Shown here in pieces: positions 39,540-47,396 of a stretch of 64,000 bases of DNA. The DNA is from Candidatus Multivoradales bacterium (GTDB taxonomy: Bacteria; Acidobacteriota; Thermoanaerobaculia; Multivoradales; JAHEKO01): positions 1 to 64,000 of the forward strand of contig CBDCXM010000008.1 of NCBI GenBank assembly GCA_965223855.1, read 5' to 3'. Below the pieces are notes generated by a model that was not told the DNA's origin, searched no databases, and saw only the letters and a list, made by a program, of their open reading frames with translations. Positions within the stretch are counted from its first letter, which is position 1. Every line of letters starts with the position of its first letter. Both the position numbers and the translations under genes were made by a program.

Positions 39540-39710
39540 CTACCAGGAACGGTCGTCGCGCAGCGGCGCAGGCGGCTCGTCGTCGCCCGTGTCGCCCTTC
39601 TCGTCGATGTAGTCCGAAGGCCGGGCCAGGAAGCCCTGGTCGACATCGGTATCGGTCGCGGGGAGGACGGGGAGGATGGTCAGCATGAGGCCGAGAATCA
39701 GTCGAAGCAT
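39540..39710 (-). CDS. Small secreted peptide copy 2, 56 aa: MLRLILGLMLTILPVLPATDTDVDQGFLARPSDYIDEKGDTGDDEPPAPLRDDRSW
   Basis: Translated by hand; AAAGGA RBS; signal-peptide-like N-terminus. Confidence 0.88.
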   Translation of the reverse strand: MLRLILGLMLTILPVLPATDTDVDQGFLARPSDYIDEKGDTGDDEPPAPLRDDRSW

Positions 39711-39767
39711 GTGGATGTTCCTTTGTCGTGAGCAGGTTCGTTAGGGAAGGTCGCGATGCAGCTCTCG

Positions 39768-39941
39768 CTACCAGGACCGGTCGTCGCGCAGCGGCGCGGG
39801 CGGCTCGTCGTCGCCGGTATCACCCTTTTCGTCGATGTAGTCCGAAGGACGGGCGAGGAAGCCCTCGTCGGCTCCGTCGGTCGTCTGTGCCGGCAGCACC
39901 GGCAGCACGGTGAGAATCAATGCGATCATCCATCGGAACAT
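39768..39941 (-). CDS. Small secreted peptide copy 1, 57 aa: MFRWMIALILTVLPVLPAQTTDGADEGFLARPSDYIDEKGDTGDDEPPAPLRDDRSW
   Basis: Translated by hand; GAGGAG RBS; signal-peptide-like N-terminus. Confidence 0.88.
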   Translation of the reverse strand: MFRWMIALILTVLPVLPAQTTDGADEGFLARPSDYIDEKGDTGDDEPPAPLRDDRSW

Positions 39942-40292
39942 GGCGTTCTCCTCTTCTGGTCGTTCCGTTGCGTTGAAGTCGAAGCGACCTCATGATCGCT
40001 CCGACGGGTAGACACTTCTTGACACCCGGTCTTCGACGTTCGAGCGGCGTAGGGACCGCGCCGGGTCAACGATCGGCGGCCGAGACGGCGAAAAAACGGA
40101 GCAGCGGAAGCTCCGCAAGTGCGCATGCGGGGATGCGGGTCTTGCGACCCTCTCACTACAACCACCTGGTGTCCCTCAGCCATCGTTCGGTTTCGAGCCC
40201 CCCCGGGCCCGACGTATTATGTATCAGCTTTTAGCGCACACCCTCCGTCGCCGCAAGGGAGTCCGGCACAACGTCCGACTGGTGGAAGCCCG

Positions 40293-43200
40293 ATGGGTCT
40301 CGACCCTAGCCCGGGCCCCTGCTCCCTCGGGTCCCTTTGTGGGGTAAACTCCCGAGTCTTGAGAGGAAATCGGCTTTCGGCGCGACTCTCGGGGAGATGC
40401 GAGCCGAAGCGAAGACGGGGCATACGTCCTGCCCTTCGCGCCACGCTCGTCGCATCCTCGCTCCTGTGGCTGGTCTCGACGGCCTCCGGGGCGGCGCCTA
40501 CCTACCGATTCCACTACCCGCTCACCGGCGACTCCTCGGTCATCTACGACGTCTCGCACATCGTGCAGGACGGCCGCGGCTTCATCTGGCTCGGCTACGA
40601 GCGCAGCGTCGACCGGTACGACGGCTCCCGCGTCACGAGAGTCAAGTTGCCGGGGTCGGCGTCGCTCACAGAGATGACCACGTCCAACGACGGCCATCTG
40701 TGGCTGGCGACGCGTTCTGAAGGTCTGCTGGTCTGGGACGCGGCCACGGAGAGCTTTCTGCGCTGGACGCCCGACCCCGGTTCACCGGCCGTCCCTCTCG
40801 ATCTCGAAGCACTGACCGTCGGTCCGAGCGGGTTGCTGTGGGCGGCGACGAGTGACGGCAGAGTCGTCAGGATCGATCCCATCCGACGGCAGGCGACCGC
40901 AGTCGCGGCTCTGTCCGGCGGCGGCAACGTCTCGATTCGCAGCCTGGCCACCGGTCCCGGCGGCCAGGTCTGGATAGGGACGGGCAGCGGCGATCTCTAC
41001 CGGTTCGACCCTGCATCCAACGAGTCGACCCGACTCCGGGAGGCTGTCGGCGCTGCGCCGGTCTCGGCGCTGATCGCCGACGAGGAAGCGGTCTGGGCGG
41101 CGGGCGAGACGGGCCGGCTGATCCGCATCGATCCTCGCAACCTCGAGACGACGGCGATGGTCGTGGCTACCCGTGAGCGTGCCGAGCCACAGTCGATCCT
41201 CTCGCTGGCGCTCGACCCGCAGGGCAAACTCTGGGTCGGCACCGTCGATGGTCTGCGTCAGTTGTCGTCGGACGAACGGCGCCTCGAGACGGTACGAGCC
41301 GACCAGCGCGAGTTCAGCGAGCCCAACAGCAGCGCCGTGCGCGCGCTCTACCTCGATCGAGGCGAAGTGCTGTGGATCGCGAACGACGGCGGCATCGCCA
41401 CGGTCACGACCCGGGCCAGCGGCTTCACCCACTGGCGCATCGAAACGGGTGGGGCGACACACCCCGTCACCTCTCTCGCTGTCGAGGAGGACGGAACACT
41501 GTGGGCGGGCACCTACGACGGTGGGCTCTTCCGGAGATCTCCGTCGGGTGTGGTCGAGCAGATGGACCGCTCCCCCATCTCCGTCCGCGACGAGGGCGGA
41601 ACCGACCGTTGGCGCTCGAGCGCCAACGACTTGCACATCGCTCCTGACGGCACGTTGTGGATGGGGACGATGCGCAAGGGACTCGCCAGATGGGATCCGG
41701 CGGCGGGAGAGTTCGACTACCTCCCCTTCGACCCCCGCACCGAGGGTGCGCTCAACAACTCGACGGTGACCGTGCTGGCCGATCGCCGCGCCGGTGGACT
41801 GTGGGTGGGCACCTTCGCCGGAGGACTCAACCAGCTGGACACCGAAACCGGCAGATTTCGGGCCGAGAAGAGCGATCCCGACGACCCGACAACCCTGAGT
41901 CAGAACCAGATCAGAAGCCTGCTGGAGGATTCGGCAGGGCGTCTGTGGGTCGGCACGCGAGACCACGGGCTCAATCTCCGACGTCCCGGTGATCGAGGCT
42001 TCCTCCGCCTGAGGATGGACACCACCGACAGCCGGGCGCTCCAGGACGACACCGTCTTCGCTCTGACGGAAGATTCAGACGGGAGGATCTGGGTGGGTAC
42101 CTGGGGAGGGCTTCATCAGGCGCTCGTGACCGACAACGGCGTCGAGTTCCGGCACTACGGCCGCGAGGAAGGCCTCCAGGGCCGCAGGGTCTATTCGATC
42201 CTCGAAGACGCAGACGGCATGATCTGGCTCAGTACTTCGAGCGGTATCTCGAAGCTCAACCCGACGACCAACACGATCGTCAACCTGGGCCTCGATCACG
42301 GACTTCCGCCGACCGGATTCAACTTCAACGCCTATGCCCTGGGTCCGGACGGGACCCTGCACTACGGCAGCAGCTACGGTGTGACGTCGCTCGATCCGAA
42401 GCAGACTCTGGTCGAGGTCTACACGCCGGAGATCATCCTCACTGGAATCTCGAAGACCGGAGGGTCGACCACGGTAGAGACGGACTCGGTCACGCTCTCC
42501 TACAGCGAGGGGTTCGTGACGTTCGACTTCAGCCTCCTCGACTTCGGCGCACAGGACCGCAACCGCTACGAGCACAGGCTCGACGGGTTCGACGACGAAG
42601 GAAAGTGGGACGACACCGGCTCCCACCAGCGGGCGACCTACTCCCAGCTTCCTCCCGGCCGCTACACGTTCCGCGTCCGCGGAGCCAACAGCGAAGGGGT
42701 CTGGTCGGCGAACGAAGCGCGCGCCGAAGTTCACGTCCTGCCTCCGCCCTGGGCCACCTGGTGGGCCTACACCGCCTACATCGCGCTCGCCGTAGCGATG
42801 GTTCTCGCCTATGCCCGGATGCAGTCGCGCCGCCAGCAACGCGAGGCGACGTACCGCCGCCGGCTGGAGAGCGAAGTGCACCAGCGCACGCAGGAACTCG
42901 CCGAGCAGAACGAGAAGCTGCGCTACGCCAACGAGTTGCTCGAGGTGGCGAGCGTCACCGACTCACTCACAGGCGTACGGAACCGGCGCTTCCTGCTGAC
43001 GACGATCGATCAGGACATCGCTCTCGTCGATCGAGCCTTCGCCAAGGACGCCGTCGATCCCGAGAACTCCGCGTTCGTCTTCATCCTGTTCGATCTGGAC
43101 GGATTCAAGGAGATCAACGACGGCTATGGCCATTCGGCAGGCGACCTGGTCCTCTACCAGGTTCGGGATCTCCTCGCGCAGGCGTGCCGCACTTCCGACA

Positions 43201-43640
43201 CCCTGGTGCGATGGGGCGGGGACGAGTTCCTCATCGTGGCGAGAGAGGCGACGAGACGACACGTCGAGGCCCTCGCGGAGAGGATCCGTCAGAGCGTCTC
43301 CGGCCACGAGTTCGACGTCGGCGGCAGCACTCCCGTACGCCTCACCTGCTCCCTAGGCTTCGCCTGCTATCCGTTCGTCGCCGGAAACCCCAAGCTGTAC
43401 TCGTGGGAAGAGGTGATCGACATCGCCGACAGGGCTCTGTACGTGGCAAAGCGCCATGGACCGAACATGTGGGCTGGAATCTTCGGCACCGAGCGAACGG
43501 AAGAGACACCCTCGGAGGATCTCCTGACGCTGATCCTGGAGCGACCGGAGCTTCTCAACGACGAGGGGAGCATCCGGCTCGTCACCTCGAAGCCCACGCC
43601 ATACGCCATTCACCCCAGATCCAAGCCTAGCGGCAGGTAA
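40293..43640 (+). CDS. Membrane sensor diguanylate cyclase: periplasmic beta-propeller repeats + Y_Y_Y domain + TM + GGDEF
   Basis: Repeated 'D..G.LWVGT..GL' blades, 'YEHRLDGFD...ATYSQLPPGRYTFRVRGAN', TM helix, 'RTSDTLVRWGGDEF'; start uncertain (40293 to ~40400). Confidence 0.92.
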   Translation: MGLDPSPGPCSLGSLCGVNSRVLRGNRLSARLSGRCEPKRRRGIRPALRATLVASSLLWLVSTASGAAPTYRFHYPLTGDSSVIYDVSHIVQDGRGFIWLGYERSVDRYDGSRVTRVKLPGSASLTEMTTSNDGHLWLATRSEGLLVWDAATESFLRWTPDPGSPAVPLDLEALTVGPSGLLWAATSDGRVVRIDPIRRQATAVAALSGGGNVSIRSLATGPGGQVWIGTGSGDLYRFDPASNESTRLREAVGAAPVSALIADEEAVWAAGETGRLIRIDPRNLETTAMVVATRERAEPQSILSLALDPQGKLWVGTVDGLRQLSSDERRLETVRADQREFSEPNSSAVRALYLDRGEVLWIANDGGIATVTTRASGFTHWRIETGGATHPVTSLAVEEDGTLWAGTYDGGLFRRSPSGVVEQMDRSPISVRDEGGTDRWRSSANDLHIAPDGTLWMGTMRKGLARWDPAAGEFDYLPFDPRTEGALNNSTVTVLADRRAGGLWVGTFAGGLNQLDTETGRFRAEKSDPDDPTTLSQNQIRSLLEDSAGRLWVGTRDHGLNLRRPGDRGFLRLRMDTTDSRALQDDTVFALTEDSDGRIWVGTWGGLHQALVTDNGVEFRHYGREEGLQGRRVYSILEDADGMIWLSTSSGISKLNPTTNTIVNLGLDHGLPPTGFNFNAYALGPDGTLHYGSSYGVTSLDPKQTLVEVYTPEIILTGISKTGGSTTVETDSVTLSYSEGFVTFDFSLLDFGAQDRNRYEHRLDGFDDEGKWDDTGSHQRATYSQLPPGRYTFRVRGANSEGVWSANEARAEVHVLPPPWATWWAYTAYIALAVAMVLAYARMQSRRQQREATYRRRLESEVHQRTQELAEQNEKLRYANELLEVASVTDSLTGVRNRRFLLTTIDQDIALVDRAFAKDAVDPENSAFVFILFDLDGFKEINDGYGHSAGDLVLYQVRDLLAQACRTSDTLVRWGGDEFLIVAREATRRHVEALAERIRQSVSGHEFDVGGSTPVRLTCSLGFACYPFVAGNPKLYSWEEVIDIADRALYVAKRHGPNMWAGIFGTERTEETPSEDLLTLILERPELLNDEGSIRLVTSKPTPYAIHPRSKPSGR

Positions 43641-45391
43641 TGCGGCCCGCCCGCGGCGACGCCGCCAGGTCGGCCGCTTCCGCCACCCTTCGGGTCCTGC
43701 TCGTCTGCGCCGAGAGTCTCAAGAGCGAGGCGCTCAGACTGCTCGAGGAGGCCGGAGACCGCATACGCGTGGTGATCGCCTCCGAATCGGAGGCGGCGGA
43801 GGCGATGCTCGGTGCAGGGCGCTTCGACGCGGTACTGATCGAGTCGACGGCGGACGGCACCTCCGGCGAAGAGCTGTGCCGACGGTTCCGTGAGCGCTCG
43901 CGGTTCGACGATGTGCGTGTCGTAGTCGTCGTCGATGGCGGCAGGGAAGAGACCGACGAGGCCCTCGCCGCCGGCGCGACCGAGGCGGCACCGCGCCCCC
44001 TCGCTTTGCCGGCACTGCTGGGACACCTCGGTGGCACCCGTCTCCAGATCGAGCAGCCGGAGGTCGATGATGGGAAGCGCGACTCGAGGGTCGATCCACT
44101 GACCTCGCTGCCGGATCGCAACGCCTTTCGCCGACTGCTCGCGGAGCGTCTCGAAGCGAGGCAGGGAGACGGGCCCGTAGCGGCGATCCTCCTCGACATC
44201 GACCGCTTCAAGAAGATCAACGACAGTCTCGCCCACTCTTTCGGCGACCGGGTGCTCGTGGAGTTCGCGCGCCGCCTCAGCGTGGCACTCGGCGGGCCTG
44301 CCGAAGGGCGGGCCCTCGGTCGATACGGAGGAGACGAGTTCGCGGTGATGCTCGGCGACCTGGAGCGCGTAGGCGACGTCGCACAGGCGGCACGACACAT
44401 TCTCGCGACCCTGGCCCGCCCCCTTGCCGTGGAGGACCGCGAGATCTTCATCACGGCAAGCGTCGGGGCGGCCGTGGCACCGGCCGACGGCAAGACCGCG
44501 GAGCTGCTGCTGCGCAACGCCGAGACCGCGATGTACGCGGCCAAGAAGGCGGGGCGCGACACGTTCCGCTTCTATACCGACCCGATGAGCGCTTCGGTCG
44601 TGCGCAAGTTCGATCTCGAAAACAAGCTGAGGCGAGCGCTCGAGCGTGACGAATTCGAGCTCCTCTATCAGCCGATCATCAATGCAAGACGGCAGAGCCT
44701 GACCGGCGTCGAGGCGCTGTTGAGGTGGAACCGGGCGGGCGAGGAACCGAGTCAGCCGGAGGAGTTCATCGCCGTCGCCGAGGAGACCGGACTGGTGGTG
44801 GAGATCGGTGAATGGGTGCTCCGGAAGGCCTGCGCGCAGGCGCACGAGTGGAACCGCTCGTCCCCCTCCCCGGTTCGCGTGACCGTCAACGTCTCACATC
44901 GCCAACTGCGCAGCCGCGGCTTCGTCAGCTCGGTGGCGAGGATTCTCGGGGACACCGGGCTCGATGCCCGCCTCCTGGAACTCGAGATCACCGAAAGCAG
45001 CGTCGTCCGCAACGAGCGCGAGACGCTCACCGCACTCCACCAGCTCAAGGTCCAGGGGATCCGCCTCGCGGTCGACGACTTCGGGACCGGACACTCGGCC
45101 CTGAGCTATCTCAAGAAGTTCCCGCTCAACACCCTGAAGATCGATCAGTCCTTCACGCGCGGGATCACGACCGACGCCGACGATGCCGCCATCATCACCG
45201 CGACGATCAACATGGCCCACGGGTTGAACATGACAGTCGTCGCCGAAGGGGTGGAACTCGAAGAACAGCTCTACTTCCTGAGCCAGAACCAGTGCGACGA
45301 AGTCCAGGGGTTCCTCTTCGCCGCTCCCCTCGACGTCGAAGAGGTCGGTCGGCGGCTCCATGCCCAGAGCTGGGGCCCCGCCTCCGGCTGA
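43640..45391 (+). CDS. Receiver-like + GGDEF + EAL c-di-GMP enzyme
   Basis: 'RYGGDEF', 'LLYQP', 'EALLRW', 'DDFGTG', 'EGVE'; TAATG overlap with the DGC. Confidence 0.92.
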   Translation: MRPARGDAARSAASATLRVLLVCAESLKSEALRLLEEAGDRIRVVIASESEAAEAMLGAGRFDAVLIESTADGTSGEELCRRFRERSRFDDVRVVVVVDGGREETDEALAAGATEAAPRPLALPALLGHLGGTRLQIEQPEVDDGKRDSRVDPLTSLPDRNAFRRLLAERLEARQGDGPVAAILLDIDRFKKINDSLAHSFGDRVLVEFARRLSVALGGPAEGRALGRYGGDEFAVMLGDLERVGDVAQAARHILATLARPLAVEDREIFITASVGAAVAPADGKTAELLLRNAETAMYAAKKAGRDTFRFYTDPMSASVVRKFDLENKLRRALERDEFELLYQPIINARRQSLTGVEALLRWNRAGEEPSQPEEFIAVAEETGLVVEIGEWVLRKACAQAHEWNRSSPSPVRVTVNVSHRQLRSRGFVSSVARILGDTGLDARLLELEITESSVVRNERETLTALHQLKVQGIRLAVDDFGTGHSALSYLKKFPLNTLKIDQSFTRGITTDADDAAIITATINMAHGLNMTVVAEGVELEEQLYFLSQNQCDEVQGFLFAAPLDVEEVGRRLHAQSWGPASG

Positions 45392-45438
45392 CGGAGTCGT
45401 CGGCCCTCCGCGATTCTCATCGCGACCGCTGCCCCGCG

Positions 45439-45444
45439 TATACT
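45439..45444 (+). promoter_or_regulatory. Putative -10 box TATACT, 6 nt before the GTG start (leaderless transcript)
   Basis: AT-rich hexamer in GC-rich DNA; no SD before the GTG. Confidence 0.45.
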
Positions 45445-45450
45445 CCGCTC

Positions 45451-45879
45451 GTGTCGATCCCGGCGGCCACCCTCGAACTGCTCCGCGACCTCGCCTGCCG
45501 CGAGCCGGTGTCGCTCATCATCTCGGGAGCCTGCATGGAGCCGGTCCTGCGCGACGGCGATCGGGTGACGGTCAGCCGACGGCGACGCTACGCTCCCGGC
45601 GACATCGTGGCGTTTCAGCGAGCCGGAGGGGAACTGGTGGCCCACAGGGTCCTCGGCTACTGTCCGACTCGCAGCGGCTGGAAGCTGATGGCGAGAGGAG
45701 ATCGCCTGTCGCGTGAGGACGAGCCGGTGACGCTCGATCGAGTGGTCGGCCAGGTCGTGGCGACCACCGCTGGAGCACTCGACAAGCCCGGCCCGCAACT
45801 GCGCTTGCTGTGCTCTTTCGAGCTGCTCCGACGACTCGCCCGGCGGGCCCTGTCATGCTTCTCGGCGAACGCTTCCTGA
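45451..45879 (+). CDS. S24/S26 peptidase-family protein
   Basis: 'ISGACMEPVLRDGD', 'PGDIVAF', 'VAHRV', 'RGD'. Confidence 0.8.
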   Translation: MSIPAATLELLRDLACREPVSLIISGACMEPVLRDGDRVTVSRRRRYAPGDIVAFQRAGGELVAHRVLGYCPTRSGWKLMARGDRLSREDEPVTLDRVVGQVVATTAGALDKPGPQLRLLCSFELLRRLARRALSCFSANAS

Positions 45880-46790
45880 CACAGCCCGATCTGTTCCCGG
45901 CACGCCTGGCCGGGACACCCGCCGGGAACGAGGCGGTCGAGCTCGAGTTGCCCGGCGGCCCCTACGATGTCGCGGGCCTCTCGAGCCGCCAACGAGACGC
46001 TCTCGAGGGCCGTTACGGCCCGCTGTGCAAGAGCTCCGGAGCGCGGAGCCTCGCGCAGGCGGTGCCCATTCGTGTCTTCATGGTGGACAGCGGAGAGTTC
46101 CTCGCCGGGGACACGGCCGGGAGGGTCAACGACTTCGACTTCGACTATCTGGAAGACCGCGTCCGGCTGGCAGGCCACCGGGTGATGGCGCAGCTGCGCC
46201 TCGCCCCCTCATCTACGCTGGCCCTGTGGACCAGCGTCACCGACGAGGGGCCCTTCCTCGAGCTGTTCGAGAACTGCTTCAGGGTCTGCGTCGCCTACAG
46301 GCTGCTGGAGAGTGGGGGCGCTCTCGTTCATAGCGCAGCGATCGCCGACAACGGCAAGGCGTGGCTCTTCTTCGGTCACTCGGGGGTCGGCAAGACGACT
46401 CTGGCGCGAAGCGCCCGCGAGCAGGGCTTCGAGCTGCTGAGTGACGACCTCAACGCGGTCGTCGCACGCGGGGACGGCCTGGCACTCGTGAGAATGCCGT
46501 TCTCGGGCGAGCTGCGCCACCCTCCCGCCCCCGCCACCGAAGTGCCCCTGACCGCCGCCGCGGCGCTGGTGCAGGCCGAGTCGGTCGACTGGAAGCCGCT
46601 GACCTCGGGCCGCGCGATGGCGGCCCTGGCGTCGAGCTGCCCGTTCCTCAATCGCGATCCGCATCGGCTCCCCAGCCTTCTCGATACCCTTCGGGCGATG
46701 GCGGACCGCGTACCGATCGGAGAACTGTCGATGACCCTGAACCCGAATCTGAGGCAGGTGTTGCCTCGTCCCGACGAGGTGACGGCTTGA
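45855..46790 (+). CDS. HPr-kinase-related P-loop protein
   Basis: 'LVHSAAI', 'GHSGVGKTT', 'LLSDD', 'PFSGE'. Confidence 0.8.
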   Translation: MLLGERFLTQPDLFPARLAGTPAGNEAVELELPGGPYDVAGLSSRQRDALEGRYGPLCKSSGARSLAQAVPIRVFMVDSGEFLAGDTAGRVNDFDFDYLEDRVRLAGHRVMAQLRLAPSSTLALWTSVTDEGPFLELFENCFRVCVAYRLLESGGALVHSAAIADNGKAWLFFGHSGVGKTTLARSAREQGFELLSDDLNAVVARGDGLALVRMPFSGELRHPPAPATEVPLTAAAALVQAESVDWKPLTSGRAMAALASSCPFLNRDPHRLPSLLDTLRAMADRVPIGELSMTLNPNLRQVLPRPDEVTA

Positions 46791-47065
46791 AGCCGGAGCT
46801 GTCTGCCGTCCTCGAGCGGGCAGACGACGTCCGCTACCGCTCGGTCGAGCGTGAGACCGTCGTCATCCGCCAGCAACAGGCCGAGGCACTCGTACTCAGC
46901 GAGGTGGCCGGGCGGATCCTCGACCTGCTCGACGGCACGCGAAGCCTCGAAGAGGTCGTCGCCCGCCTGCTCGACGAGTTCTCCGTCGATCGGGCGGTTC
47001 TGGAAGAGGACGTCAGGGCCTACGCCGGAGAACTTCTCGAGACCGGACTGGTGCTCGAAGCATAG
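46787..47065 (+). CDS. PqqD-family RiPP recognition element (RRE)
   Basis: 'LSEVAGRILDLLDGTRSLEEVVARLLDEFSV...DV..Y..EL...GLV' pattern. Confidence 0.9.
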   Translation: MKPELSAVLERADDVRYRSVERETVVIRQQQAEALVLSEVAGRILDLLDGTRSLEEVVARLLDEFSVDRAVLEEDVRAYAGELLETGLVLEA

Positions 47066-47173
47066 TCTCGATCGGGCAGCCTGGACGGCACGAGTCGAAC
47101 TGCACCACCGCGACGCGGCGCCGGCTGGCCTTCTGCGGGAAGGTCGCAGCGACCCCTTCTCGAAGGCCGGAGC

Positions 47174-47338
47174 TCAGGACTGAATCGGGCCGACCGTACA
47201 GCTGAGGGGGTCGGTCTTGCCGGTGTCGCAGACGACCGCGAGAGCCTCGAGGCGCTCGCGCGAGAGCGTCCGCGGCTTGCGGTAGGGCCTCTTGCTCTCG
47301 TTCTCCCCGCCCCTGCCTACGCCATGACTCATCTTCAT
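47174..47338 (-). CDS. Putative RiPP precursor, 54 aa: MKMSHGVGRGGENESKRPYRKPRTLSRERLEALAVVCDTGKTDPLSCTVGPIQS
   Basis: Translated by hand; lies just downstream of the radical SAM gene; YxxP leader motif; two Cys in the C-terminal core; purine-rich RBS. Confidence 0.82.
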   Translation of the reverse strand: MKMSHGVGRGGENESKRPYRKPRTLSRERLEALAVVCDTGKTDPLSCTVGPIQS

Positions 47339-47396
47339 CCTACAGCCCCCCTCGATTCGATCCCAGAACCCCCTCCGAGACCCCGATCATACGTGC

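Noticed and set aside
39287-39941. Triplet as a CRISPR array or non-coding repeat
   Set aside because: Units are ~170-bp ORFs with SD, start, stop and synonymous-only core variation; no repeat-spacer structure and no cas genes
39287-39941. Microviridin/graspetide precursors (FLAR and PSD resemble PFFARFL and KYPSD)
   Set aside because: No TxKxPSD motif, Sec-like signal peptides are present and no ATP-grasp ligase lies in the window
39942-40292. Sigma54 -24/-12 promoter for the peptide genes
   Set aside because: No convincing TGGCAC-N5-TTGC match by eye; only an AT-rich patch near 40215-40232
47174-47338. Lasso peptide precursor (YxxP leader, PqqD, HPr-kinase-like neighbour)
   Set aside because: No asparagine-synthetase-like cyclase or transglutaminase-like B2 protease nearby; the radical SAM is the evident maturase
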